Source of the DNA: Octopus vulgaris
Lineage: Eukaryota
NCBI GenBank assembly: GCA_951406725.2
Contig: OX597818.1
Location: 64,232,001 to 64,296,000 of the forward strand
Direction: 5' to 3'
DNA length: 64,000 bases
The position numbers were made by a program, and so were the translations under genes. Under the pieces are notes generated by a model that had not been told where the DNA came from, did not search any database, and saw only the letters and a list, made by a program, of their open reading frames with translations. Shown in pieces: positions 26,001 through 39,804 of this stretch. Numbering within the stretch: the stretch's first letter is position 1; the number at the start of each line of letters is the position of its first letter.

Positions 26001-26659
26001 TGCTTATTATAATTCCGTATTGAAATAATTCAAGAAGGCATCCCACTGAATGTCGATGAAGTGAACTTACGACCAAGTAACACGTACGATTCAAAGAAAA
26101 AATAATTTGGTTTACAAGGATAGATTATACACGCATATACTTACGGGAACGCGTACATAATTCCATTTGCAATACACACAGTAAACATTCTCCATGTACT
26201 CTCACAATCCCTCTCTCTCTCTCTCTTTCTTTATACATACACAAACATGTATGTATGTATCCATATAGGTATACATACACACATACACACAGAGGTAAAA
26301 ATACGTACGAATATATGTAAATGCGTGTATAGCCATACGCTTGCTTTATGTGGATGTCTATATATTGATGCATAAATAACTATACACTTATATTACTCAA
26401 GGGTTATTGTATAATGTATATGCATTTTTATAGAGGAAATACAGTCTCATACGTAATGTTATATACGTATTCGTAAAGAAGCTCACATGTATATCTATAA
26501 GCAGACACATACACATACATACACACACGCACACACGAACGAATCTATATTTATATATGTATGTATAGTATGGTTGTATATTGATTGCGCATACATGTGT
26601 GTGCCTCTGTGTATGCTCGCATGAATGCAAATATAACATATATATATATATATCTTGGT

Positions 26660-28460
26660 ACTATCCCAGTCAATTTATTTCCTCATATTTTATTCGGTTG
26701 CTGAGTTGGGTAACTTTCCGTTTCCCTATGCTGTTCGACTCCAGTTTGCAAACAAATACATATACTTAATCTGTTGCATCCCTCAATGTCATTGCACCAA
26801 ACAGTTCATGGTCACCTTTCTCTGTAAATTTCATTTCAAAGTGGGTCTTATATATTTTGATTGTGCGGGTTAGCCGCTATATATTTTATGGTTTAGTCTG
26901 ACATTTCTCTCGTCTTTTCCCTTCTAGTGTAGTCCCTGCAAAATTATACGTTTTCCCATTAATACTTCCAGTTTAATAGCAAAACATGCCGTAAAGTATT
27001 CATACTGAACGTACACAACAATTACTTCACAATGATGATCGCGTAATATGGCAAAAGTTATTTTTAGCCTCTCACACTCTGTAATCTTCTTATTCCACTG
27101 GGATTGGTTTTGTGTGATTTGAGTGTCCAGGTAAGAAGATTTGCCAACTCAATGTCCTTCAGTGTGTATGATTCGAAGTGCATATATATATATATATATA
27201 TATCTGTCAACTTTTGCTTCTTTTGAATATTGACCGTCTGTTTACAAATCAGATTTCTTCAACCGTGGATTTTCAAGTTACATGTATTTGACATACAACT
27301 TGGTATTCTTATTGATTTTGACAAATTCTCCATAAATTTGTTTACCGAATCATCAGCATTTGTTTGATTAGCGCTTCCTCCACTGTCTTTTGGCAATCAA
27401 AATCTTCTCCAGTATATTTTGTGATTACTACATCGTAAAATTCCACACCAGAAAGAATTATGTATGACAGAACTGAACAGATATAGACCGCCTTGGTATA
27501 ATACACATTAAATTATTTAAAAAACAAAACTAGTTTCGGGGCTAACTACATTTGCACTATATAGATTGCCTTCTTGTCATGTACTGACAATTCCGATAAG
27601 ATGAAACAACATACTACCAAATGCTTTTTCGAGATTACTGGAAGGACACCAACAGGCACTGAATAGGCAAAACTTTGTATTGTGTGTTAAGTAGTGAAAA
27701 TATCCGAGCCAAACTTGATCTTTCCCTTCCCTGTATTTAATGATAGGACTTCAGGGATAAGGTGTACATTTTAACCAGATTGTTAAACTGTTCACTGAAT
27801 TTTTGGCTTGTTTATAGACTTCTCTAATCTCTGTTTATGTTGAAATTTTTTCACATCAAAATTCCTACCAAATACATCATATTTCTCTTTGCCATTTGTG
27901 GAATAATGAGTTGGATTCTCTTAGCCACTTTATTTCTCCAGGTTTGTACCTAATACAAAGAACTAATGTTGAAAAACATTCAATGAAAGGGGTTTTCTTT
28001 TCATGATAATAATCAGATCGATCTGTCTCAAGTAATTTCAATTGATAAAAATTGTTAGGCATGAACGATTCGTTGTCATAAATGTTTTGATATCAGCTTT
28101 GCACTGTTGTTACAAAAGCACTGAAAAATTCAGTCGTTTTACTTATCACTGCTTAGCACGCCCACTCCGTTGTATTCGCAATGCACTAATTTTATGTTTA
28201 CAATACAGTCTAGTGTTCAAGTGAAAGGCAAGATGTTATTAGTAATACCATGTAGTGAAGAAACTTATATAAAAGGACGAGATTTCCAACATAGACATAG
28301 TGGAGGCGTTTACCAATGTTGTTTTCACATCCATCTTCAGTTCTTAATGTCAACGTGAACTTTGATGACTTGAAACATCCACTGCGTGGGTTAATGTTGA
28401 ATAACAAATCCGCTGCTACATGGTGAGTTGGCATCTCTGTCGGGAGAGAGTAACTCTCAT
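26660..28460 (-). pseudogene. Probable highly decayed Maverick/Polinton-type protein-primed DNA polymerase B, N-terminal region
   Basis: Minus-strand fragments in the expected order across frameshifts: CIVNIK, EKK.P.SLNVF, FC..QCL...F....KKHLVVC, SYIILSG...KYTGEDFDCQKTVEEAL, and a possible (DH)CxxTG remnant. Recognised by eye only. Confidence 0.4.
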
Positions 28461-28608
28461 ACATGCAATTGTGTTTGAATTATGTGATAAAATAGTAACA
28501 GTATCTGTGAGTAAATTTTCACAGAAAATATGATTTTGAGGAAACAGCAAGAAAGAACTGAAGAAAAAAAATGACGAAGAACATATTCTTTGCCAGGTGT
28601 GAGAGTTA

Positions 28609-28661
<53 letters not shown>

Positions 28662-29264
28662 ATGTCACTGAGTGAGTGTATGAGTGCAAAGAGTGTTAGC
28701 AAGAAGTAATGTTTTAAGTTGTAAATCTACATAGAACATCTACACAAAATACCTATGTTGTTTGAGAATGAATAGAAGAAAAACATTCTTAAAATACTGA
28801 TAACATGAAACAAATTTTTAAAATTTTCTTTCTTTTTTTATGAATATTCTGACAAAAGAGATGAGATTCTAGAATGATAATAATTACAAGGAAATCTTTA
28901 AAGTTTTTATATTATCGCAATTCTTGTCTAAATAATGTCATAGATCACTTTGAATTTTGGGGTATTATTCTTTAATCGGAAAACATAGAAGTCTAGATTT
29001 GTCGTTGACGGTTCAAATAGATATGTGCGTATGTGCTGTTGAGATGAATTATTTTCAGCAAGAACTATAATCTTTGATATTTACCGAATACTAGTTCGAC
29101 GAAGAACAAACTATAAAATGTATTTCAAAGTAACTGCAAAAATACTTTGTGAGGTAATTTGAAATATAAGAGCGATTGTATCTTGAGGGGACGTGGGACC
29201 ACCTTAAATGTTGACATCCCAGTGTCCATGTAGCTCTCGTAAACTTGGGAGATTTTAAATATAT

Positions 29265-29400
29265 TTTATTCTCTTTACTGGTTTCATTCATTTCACTGCG
29301 GCCATGCTGCAACACCGCCTTTTAGTCGAAGAAATTGACACGAGTACTTATACTTTGTAAGCCAGGGACTTATTCTTTCGGTCTGTTTTGCCGAATATAC
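29265..29400 (-). mobile_element. Family-B SINE 3' fragment
   Basis: CACTGCGGCCATGCTGCAACACCGCC...GTTTTGCCGAA. Confidence 0.75.
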
Positions 29401-29421
29401 GTACATACACACATACGCATG

Positions 29422-29506
<85 letters not shown>

Positions 29507-29621
29507 GTGTGTATCGCCGGAAATGAACTGCATCTGCGCAGTGGATTTGAAAAGTTAGAATATACAGGCAACGAGTTTACATGCGGATCTCATTGGGTGT
29601 ATATTTAAAATCTAAAGGCTA

Positions 29622-29688
29622 CCTACTGATGAAGACTGGCCTCAGTAAATACTTTTTTACTGAAATTAGGCAGAAAACATGGTCTACG
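29622..29688 (+). ncRNA. Degenerate hammerhead-like motif in a probable PLE terminal fragment
   Basis: ccta-CTGATGA-...TCAGTAAA/TTTACTGA hairpin...-GAAA-acatg-GTC-tacg. Confidence 0.35.
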
Positions 29689-30517
29689 AACTAAGTTTTA
29701 TGGTAAATGTTTTTAATTCTCATTCCTTTCGAGAATGTATCCCTAAATAGTGGTTTCAGTTTTCTACTGCTCTTTCTAGCACAAGGCTTTCCTATTTGGA
29801 AGCCTCTTAATGTGTTTTAATGTACACGACATATGTATGTACACACATATACACACATGCACGCAATTATCAATGTACGTACAGACAGATAGACAATCTG
29901 ATTATTTTGCTCAAGATATTTTTCATCAAAAGTACATTGGTTGTCGTTCGGACGAGGAAGATGTCTTCGATTGCGGATGGTACCTGAGTATTTCTCGACT
30001 TTTTTCAAATAGGCATGTTCTTTGACTGTAGATGTATTTTGCAATTTTGTAAATCATAATTATAATAAAGAAATATTTTGAAATTAATCACAATAAAAAG
30101 AGACATAGAGAATTATTTGCATAATTCGAAGTCAAGATTAATTGGCTGTGTAGATTTTGTGCAAGGCTATTTTATTCTTCTAGTATCTATGTCTACCTTA
30201 ATTAGATGTTATTTTTTATTCCAAAGATTTCCATCAAAGGTTATAGTCCCAACTTAAATAATGAGACGTCCATCTCGTACAATTTTTACGTGATTGAAAA
30301 TATATCCTTCAACATTTCCTAAATTGATAATAATATAACATAATACAGGTATCACAATGATAATCATGAACATAATTCTTCATCCATAAAAATATATTAG
30401 CAATGATTTTTTTCATACATATTCTCTCACGCAGAAACAGACACAGAAAACACACTCACACATAATTACGTAACTCTGTCTTTACAGCTCTTGTCATGGA
30501 GAAATCCTCCTACTATA

Positions 30518-30565
<48 letters not shown>

Positions 30566-30722
30566 TACATACAACCAAGCAAGCATACATATACGTATGC
30601 CTATGTACACATACGCATACACACACATATATATATATATATTTATATATATATGTGTGTGTATGAGTGTGTATACATATATATATATACATATATACAC
30701 ATATACACATACATACATGTAA

Positions 30723-30760
<38 letters not shown>

Positions 30761-31181
30761 GTATAATGTATGTATATCTGTATATACATATCTGTGCGTA
30801 TCTGTGTGTATGTATATACACACAAACGCACACACATATATATACGTATGCATATGCGTGTGTGTACATAGACATTCATATGTATATGCTTGAATACATT
30901 ATATGTTTTAATCTCTGTAGTGTTGTTACGCTAATAAACCACCAACTACATTATTAAATCCGTTAATGTTTAGTTGTTCCTCACTTCCTTCATGAAAACC
31001 ATTGAATGTTAGGATCACAATTATCGTTATATAACTCCAAAATGTTCTGGTGCCATTTCGATAGCTTCACACAAACACCTTCTCCATTGTGCATTCGAAA
31101 AGACCCATTATCACAAGAACCGATTTGTAATTTGTCAAGGTTATCTTGGGTTAGATATACACATGCAAGCATATACATATA

Positions 31182-32027
31182 CGTAATCTGATCAATAAGT
31201 ATCCGGACTGTTGCTATAGTAACGAAGTGGAAGCATAGAGAGTAGAGCTGATTGGTACGGATTGAATTTGAACCCTGTCGTGCATTTGCATTAAGTTTTA
31301 ATCTTCTAGCTTACATCCGTTGTTTACAGCATTACTTGGAAAGGTGTTTAGCGTGTGATCGTCGCATTGACAATCACAGAGAGAGAGTTGAGCAAAGAAT
31401 CAGCGTCAAATTTCTGACAAACGCTTGGCGATACCTCCTCAAAAGACTATTCACAGTTTTCAAAAGATTTCCTCGTACTCGACACAATCGTGGATATTTT
31501 GTGCAACTGAAATCGGAATCTCTTTTTGGTCAGCTGTAAGCAGTTTTGGCACAAACATAGCAGACACGCGTCTCATATCCAAATCTTCAGTGATAATGGA
31601 CTGAACTGAACCGTAACTAATCTGCAGACGGTCTATTAACTCACGCTGGTGACTCAGTGATTTATCGTAACACTTCCACGCACATCTACGACGTTTTACC
31701 AGTTTGCGGTCTCCCAGAAGGTTTGTCAATATCGACATTTTTCGGCCACCTTGGAAACATCTGAATCACACGTTCACTTCTTTGCAGCACATATACCGCT
31801 CGCCATTCACTTTCTGCAACTTTCTGAACAAGTATCGCCATGACAACTTACTCTGTCCTGTTCAATGCAACAATCACACGCTACACACATTCATTACAAG
31901 CAATGCTTAGAGCACTGGACACATGAACTTAGTGCACAAGCACAACAGAATTCACGTTCAATCTTCACCAAGGGGCCTCACTCTGCATGCTTTATTTCTG
32001 TTACTATGACTTATTGATCAAACCACG
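31182..32027. mobile_element. Non-autonomous mariner derivative with TIRs, TA duplication and two inverted 5' ends
   Basis: TA|CGTAATCTGATCAATAAGT ... ACTTATTGATCAAACCACG|TA; ERVEQRISVKF on +, LQISYGSVQSIITEDLDMRRVSAMFVPKLLTADQK on -. Confidence 0.8.
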
Positions 32028-32295
32028 TATGCATTTTTAAACACGTAACCGCATATATGAAAAACAAAAGAAATTCAGTAGACGTAGGCTTATAAGTCAA
32101 TGTACCGTATTATGTAATGTATATTTGCCAATTGCCTACGGAACACCGGTGCGTTGAAGGATTGGTCCTTTTTGACAGTGAAAGACTCAAGAACGTCAAA
32201 AACTCTAGAACACAAAGCATCGCCCATCTGCGAAACGAAACCACACTTTTGCCATCTCCTTAACCACTAAACCTTATGACTCCACTCTCTCCCTA

Positions 32296-32327
32296 TATCT
32301 ATCTATCTATCTATCTATATATATATA

Positions 32328-32393
<66 letters not shown>

Positions 32394-32410
32394 GCTAGCT
32401 AGCTAGCTAT

Positions 32411-32450
<40 letters not shown>

Positions 32451-32482
32451 ATATCTACCTGTCTGTATGTATGTTTACAGAC

Positions 32483-32543
<61 letters not shown>
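32296..32543. repeat. (TCTA)n and (TA)n microsatellites
   Basis: Directly visible. Confidence 0.95.
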
Positions 32544-32544
<1 letters not shown>

Positions 32545-32546
<2 letters not shown>

Positions 32547-32803
32547 TTAATCCAAACAAGAAAACACAAAAAAAAACACAACAACGCGAGGACGTGGAAC
32601 AAATATAGTATTATTGGACGCTCAGGAAAGAAGGGAAGAAGAAGGGTTTAACGTTTCCAGCGGAGCTCTTCGTCGGAACCATAGGAGAAGGAAAGATCCA
32701 GAGAAGGGAAGACTGAGGGAAAAGAATCGCCAACGGTACACACGAGGTCACATTTTGAAAGACCGGAAGGAGAAAGGGTAAAGAAAGATGTTTTCAAAGA
32801 CAT
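32545..32803 (-). mobile_element. Solo PLE pLTR, family 1, with hammerhead-like motif at 32646-32680
   Basis: Close reverse complement of about 17750-18005; minus strand ggtt-CCGACGA-a-GAGC-tcc-GCTG-GAAAC-GTT-aaac; abuts (TA)n. Confidence 0.8.
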
Positions 32804-32959
32804 GTATATATATATGTCTCATGCGTCGTGCCTGACGAATAGATAGCTAGCTAGATACACACATACTCACACACACACGCGAACGCACGCATACACATAT
32901 ATACTTATGTATGCACATTCATACAAGAATATATCTACGTGTGTATATATCACTACACA

Positions 32960-33125
32960 TTCTTTAATTTCTCTCCATGTCTCTTTCTGTGTTCCTTCTG
33001 TGGAAGAGCATAGGCTCGAAACGTTAAATACTTTTTCACTTCCCGAGCGTTAAACTAATACATCTGTTTGCTGTCTACACCACCTGTCTTCGTTTTTTGG
33101 GTTTTTTTTTTGTGAATTCTCCCTA
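32960..33125 (+). mobile_element. PLE pLTR, family 2, with hammerhead-like motif at 32995-33028
   Basis: ctt-CTGTGGA-a-GAGC-atag-GCTC-GAAAC-GTT-aaa; homologous to 19700-19845. Confidence 0.7.
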
Positions 33126-34079
33126 TATAATTATATACCTATCAAAACAATATTCGAATACATCTTTGCATCCTCGCATCTGAACGATTGAGTATGCCCG
33201 TTAAATGTTAGAAAGATACCGAATTTCAGATTCTGTCAAACATTTATAATCACTGATGCTGTAACACTCCTTGATATGTTTCACTTTTGCACATTTAAAT
33301 CTACATATTTCTCCTACTTTTTAAGGAATTTAAGATGCTATCCTATAGATACCCCAATGCATTTACATGCATTCATGTGTATTAATAATGCAATTCCGTG
33401 AAGATTTCCTACCCATGTGCATAGATTCTAGAACATTTTCTTCCCTTTCGTTCTCTTTTATAGACTTGCATGTGTGTTGCCGTTATGCAACGCTACACGC
33501 ATATACAAGCATCTATTACTAGTAGCATGTATTCCAAATCTTTTATGAATACATCTGAATAAAGGCGTAGTGAAGAGCAAGAAATGTTGTGAATGGTACG
33601 CCATGTGTCTATATTCATGGAAATGTTGAATTAAAAAATTCTAAATAGCTCTATGGGAAAAAATACTAAACAAATATATACTTACGCAGCGCATATATTG
33701 ATTTGGTCATAAAAATAGAAATAACACAGCCTTCGTATCATGAATTAGATTTAAACGTAAGAGTAATCCCAAATTTCTAAACCATCTGGCTTACGGCAGT
33801 TCCTTTGTATGAAGAGAGAAAAACCTTTTTCGTGTGTTACGATGATATTGCTTGAGTTTAGAAGACATTTATTGGGAGTTATATGTCAATACTTCTGGGT
33901 AGAAATGTTATTGGCAATAACTTGTGTGTATACATTTGGTAAGATGAATGCTAGTTACATATGTGTCCTTTGGTACACTGTAACCAAAAATATTTACAAA
34001 TTGAAATGGACAAACATATGTGAATATATAATGATGTATGTATTTTTTATGCTTGTTTTCAGTATCACTTAGATAGTTA

Positions 34080-34305
34080 AGGCGCCCATCTGGCAGAATC
34101 TCTCGCAGGCCGAACAAAACGCTTAACCAGTTTTCGTCGACCTTGTCGTCCAGTTTTGAAATTCCGCCGAATTTCACATTGCCTTTCATTTTTTTTTTTT
34201 TTTTTTTGAGGTCGATTAAATACCTATCAGTTGAACATTTGGTTCGATGTAATCGAATTCCACCTTCACCCACAATTGCTGGCCCTATGCCGAAATTTGA
34301 AACCT
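34080..34305 (+). mobile_element. Degenerate family-A SINE
   Basis: CTGGCAGAATC, AAATTCCGCCGA, GCCTTTCAT and GAGGTCGATTAAA. Confidence 0.65.
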
Positions 34306-35190
34306 ATATACGTTATTTAATTTTTGGGAAGCCGGTTACTTCGGCAGGGTGGTACATCTGAACATGTAGCGTGTTCTATGAAGTCATTTAAATACGTACC
34401 CCGGAGGGTAGTTGTGTTATATGCTGAATATCTCCTCTCACAATAACAAAACTTTTCAGAAATTCTTACAAAACCTAATGCTTGCACAACGATAAAAATA
34501 CCCACAACAGCATTGTTTTTCTTTACAGCTTCTGCAATAAATATTCCGCAAATTTATTAAACTTCGGTTAAAACATTATTTACCATGTTTAATATATTCT
34601 TCGGAAAAAGTCAATCGAATTGAAATTTCTGACACTTTACGTACCAAAAAATACGGTGTAAATTTCTTTACGCACACTGGCAGAACATTTCAAGCGATAT
34701 GAAAAAAAAAAAGGAACACTATGTATAATCGATTTTTAAGTAATTCTAATTAGTTTGGGATGGCCTTGAGATAACGAACGTGAAATTTTCTCGGGTAACT
34801 ATTAGTTTGTTTCTCGAAAAACAAAGAATCTCAACTTATTTTCGCTCTTTTAATGTTCTACGTGATATATCTGTGAAAAGGTTTCATAGTCATTTAAAAT
34901 AAATTATTTCTTCACACCCGTTTTCAGTGCTTCATATTGAGTTGTATTTTTCTATTGATTTCTTGTTCCTCTCCATTCGTATTTTCACCGCTTGTTTGTA
35001 AATGTTCAGCTGTTAATATCATTGTTCCTCATTGTACGATAATGTTGTGATATTACTAGTTGGTTTGTTTTGTTAAGAGATAAGATGTTCTCACATCCAT
35101 TTTTGGTAATGGACTTATACATATCACACGTGTCATTGCCAAGACAATGCACGTGCGACATGGTTATTATTGTTCTTTTGTTTCATGCAG

Positions 35191-35284
35191 ATGATATTAA
35201 ATATATTCATTTACTCCACTTTCTTCGTTGGATTTTAATTCTTCCTCTCTGATTTCTAAAATGAGTTTCCATCCACAAAATGTG
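35191..35284 (+). other. Candidate exon with strong splice sites; possible start ATG at 35261
   Basis: Acceptor ttgttcttttgtttcatgcAG, donor GTG|GTGAGT; stops in all frames before aaaATG-SFHPQNV. Confidence 0.25.
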
Positions 35285-36339
35285 GTGAGTATTTGCTTTG
35301 TGTTATTATATGTACATGCATTAATATGAATGCTTTAACACATTCCACTAGGCAGAGTTAAAATATGAAACTAAGACGTAGAATTTCTTTAAGAATTGCT
35401 ATTATATTATATTACTATATTAAAAGCTGTCCAATTCTCAAGTCTTGGAGACAAGTTTCGCTAATTTTTTGATAGAAAATTTTCAAGAGCAGCTACAGGT
35501 TTATGTTCTTTCCGAAGTTTCCAATATTTGTTCTTGCGTTTCTTTAACTTATGTCGTGGGGCACAAATGTATACTCACAGGTTACTCTTAAGGACTATGT
35601 TTTAAAGATAGAATTTAAAAGATTAAATTTAAAAGATAAAATTTAAAGATAAAATTGTAAATATGTATAAAAATATTTACTTCACTGTGCATTTCCATTG
35701 TTATACTTTTCAGTACAGCTCTACACATTGATTTCCTTTTTGAACCTTTTCACTGTGTCAGTGTTTGACGTGTGTGCATGTGTGTGTGTGTTCTGGGTTA
35801 GTATGGGTGTGTGTGTATGCGGGCGTGTGTGTATGTCTGCGAGTGTTCATGCATGTGTGTCTGTTTGTTTATCTGTGTATGTGTGAGTGCGTTGATTATT
35901 AAACGTGTTGTACAAATTGTATATACGCAGGACATGTTTGTAGACAGAATTGTAGATAATTATGTATTTACGGATTCCATCTCATTTTAAAGATTCATCG
36001 GGAATGATTTTTGTATAGAATACACATGCCAGAAGTATTTGCAACCAGGAGAACCGAAAAGTTGCAGGAAGGAGTGTAAGATAACTTATGATCAATTATA
36101 AATAGACAAAATAGTTCTAAAGGAAATTAAATCGAGAAAGAATAATTCTATTCTAGTAATTCTCTCTCTCTCTCTCTAACTCTACGTAGCTCCCACTCTC
36201 TCCCTTTTTATTCCTTCTCGCTCCCTCCTTCTCACTCACTCTCTATCGGGATTTTCTCCCTCCCTCTTGCTCTCCCGTTCCCTATCCACACTTCTCTCTC
36301 TGTGTCTCTCTGTTCCCCTGTTTCTCTCTCTTTCTCCCT

Positions 36340-36580
36340 ATCTATATGTTTCTTTATTACCCACAAGGGGCTAAACACAGAGGGGACAAACAAGGACAGA
36401 CAAACTGATTACGTCGATTACATCGACCCCTGGACGTAACTGGTACTTAATTTATCGACCCCGAAAGGATGAAAAGCAAAGTCGACCTCGGCTGAATTTG
36501 AACTCAGAACATAACGGCAGACGAAATACGGCTACGCATTTCGCCCGGCGTGCTTAACGATTTTGCCAACTCACCGCCTT
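36340..36580 (-). mobile_element. Family-A SINE
   Basis: Full reverse-complement copy. Confidence 0.85.
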
Positions 36581-37367
36581 TCTTTCTCTTTCCTGGAATG
36601 TGTTTGTAAATCATTTGTATAGAGACATTTAACTATATCTTGCAATAAATAATATATTCCGTGTTGAATCAATTTTGACGAAAACTGATTAGTATTCTCG
36701 GAAAAAATGCCATCCACTAAATATTATAATTATGGTATTTTAATTTAAAATGTATAAGATTTATATAAGATAATATTTTAATTAACATTGAAATTTTGTA
36801 AGTGATATTTTTTAAACAATTCTTTTCTTAATTTTGTTGTTTTGACAGACATTAATATTCGTCAAGTATATTTATGTAAAATGTTTTTTAACTGAATAAT
36901 TCTGTTCGTTAATTTGTTCATTAATGAAGAGATATATCCTTGTTTGCAATTTCATAAACATAACGTTTTAAATTGCTTTAATCATGTTCTCAAATTTCGC
37001 TTGGAAACTGAATAATGTTGCTTATAATATTATTTAATATCCAAATTTCATTGAAGAGGTTATGCTGAGAACATTGCCGGTTAAGTCATTGGATATATTC
37101 TTCGACAGAAGATACGTAGCAATGCATAAATAATATTACGAAAAGACATCTTTCTCAGAGTTTAGAATAACGGTCGTTTGGTTCTACTTTATTCATTATC
37201 AGTTATTTTAATGTCATAGCAAACCAGAAATTTTCTATTTCACAGTATTCCCACCACATTTTCACCAAAATTATTTTGATATTTGCTGATGTTTCTAAAC
37301 AGAAATTATTTTCGATGTCTTTTCTTGTTTTTCTTTTTTAACATAGACAGTCATCAGTGCGAATTAC

Positions 37368-37585
<218 letters not shown>

Positions 37586-38094
37586 AATTCATTTATTTTT
37601 TAGCAACAGACATCTGTAGAAATGCTTGCACAATCATATTAATACGAACACGCACACGCGTGCACATACATATGCAACCACGAACACGCACATCCACAAA
37701 TTTATTCACATATACATACATACACACACATGTATATATATATATTATATACTATATATAATTGCCAACCTAAAGTGGCGTCCTATACAGGACAGTGCTA
37801 CTGACGTCCATAGCGCCAGTAAGATACCTCCTCCAGCTTATATATTGTTGTGTCTATGGAGAGCCATTATGCAAATATTATCAACGCACGCCCTGCTGGA
37901 ATTCCATCCCTTATTAAAAGTCAATTGGTTAAAGTATCCAACTTAGTAATCGATTGTTTCTATAAATGGATTGAACGATAAATTATTTGATTTGTTTTTC
38001 TTCGTCAAAGTTCTTTTGTTGGACTGATTTCCTTCTGAGTCTGTTACGTCGGCTGTATTCGTCTGCTTGAGACGTCGTTGCGGGCGAACGCACT

Positions 38095-38705
38095 GAGCTG
38101 GCAGAATCGTTAGCACGCCGGGCGAAATTATTAGCGACATTCCATCTGTTGTTACGTTCTGAGTTCAAATTCCGCCGGGGTCGACTTTGCCTTTCACCCT
38201 TTCGGGGTCGTTAAATTCGGTACCAGTTACGCACTGGTGTCGATCTAATGCACTTAATCCCTTTGTGTGTCCTTGTTTGTTCCCTCTATGTTTAGCCCCT
38301 AGTGGGCAATAAAGAAATAAATGTTCGCACGCCGGGCGAAATGCGTAGCCGTATTTTTTCTGCCGCTACATTCTGAGTTCAAATTCCGCTGAGGTCGACT
38401 TTGCCTTTCATCATTTCGGGGTCGATTAAATAAGTACTAATTACGCACTGGGGCCGATTTCATCGATTTAATACGTTTGTCTGTCCTTATTTGTCCCCTC
38501 TGTGTTTAGTCCCTTGTGGGTAGTAAAGAAATAGGTATTTCGTCTGTCTTTATGCTCTGAGTTCAAATTCCGCCGAGGTTGATTTTGCCTTTCATCCATT
38601 TGGGGTCTATAAATTAAGTACCAGTATCATACTGGGGTCAATCTAATCGACTGACTCCCTCCCCAAATATTTTGGGACTTGTGCCTGGAGTAGAAAAAGG
38701 ATATT
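38095..38705 (+). mobile_element. Three tandem family-A SINE units
   Basis: Units at about 38095, 38325 and 38535; junction GAAATAGGTATTTCGTCTG near 38530. Confidence 0.85.
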
Positions 38706-39284
38706 GTTGCGTGCGTGTGCGTGCGCGTCTGCGCGTGTGTTTGCACATTATGTATGTATGTATGTATGCATGTATGAATTTTGTGTATTGATGTGTCTAT
38801 GTGTGTGTGTGTTTGCGTGCATGTGTACGTTTGTATGTATCCGAGTTTGTGTATATATCTCTGCTTTTTTGTGCGCTCGTGCGTCAATGTGTTTATGCGT
38901 ATGAGTTTGTGTTTATGTATGTGAACCTATTGTGTATGCATCAGTGCCTATATATGTTTGTGTGTGCATGCGTGTAAACGATTTCTTTGGAAGGTGGAAC
39001 GCATATGTTCCGTAGTACTGTCACGCCATGCAACTTTACGCATTTCGTTTTCGCTTCACGAAAATTTCCGTACAGCAACAAAGCTAGGCAATACTGCTTT
39101 AATATAAGAATGACAGCAATTTCACCGAGCTGCTTTTGACATATTTGCTAGAATCAAGCCATCATTCTCGGCTCGATTGTTTTTCACACATGTCAAAGTG
39201 CATGATGTCTTTTTTCTGCCGGGGTCTGTTCTACAGCGTAAGATCATCTCATGTCCGAATATAGCCTCTTAAATATACTTTTCT

Positions 39285-39660
39285 TTTCTCCTTTTTTTTA
39301 AAAATTTATTTCAGTCATTTGATTGCGCCCATGCTGGAACATCACCCTTAGTCGAACGAATCGACCGCGAGATTTATTCTTTGTAAGTCTAGTACTTATT
39401 ATATCTGTCACTTTGGCGGAACCGCTATGTGACGGGGACGTAGACACACCAACATCGGTTGTCAAGTGATGGTAGGAGGACAAACAGAGAGACACACAAA
39501 CATACACACCCACTTACGAGGTGTTTCTTTCAGTTTCTTTCTACCAAATTCACTCACAAGCTTTGATCGGCCCGAGGCTATGGTAGAAGACCCAATGGGA
39601 CTGAACTCGGAGCCATATGGTTCGGAACCAAACGTCTTACCACACAGCCACTCCTGCGCC
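39285..39660 (-). mobile_element. Family-B SINE
   Basis: Ends CTTACCACACAGCCACTCCTGCGCC, the reverse complement of the head. Confidence 0.8.
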
Positions 39661-39804
39661 TAATAAATATATATAATATAGATAGGGTCAAAATCCAAGT
39701 TGTGTCTTTCGTAAGAAATTGATTCATAGAAAGTGTGTGTTTGTGTGTGTGTGTGTGTATGTGTGTGTGTGAGAGAGAGAGAGAGAAGTATATAGGGGCA
39801 TGCA

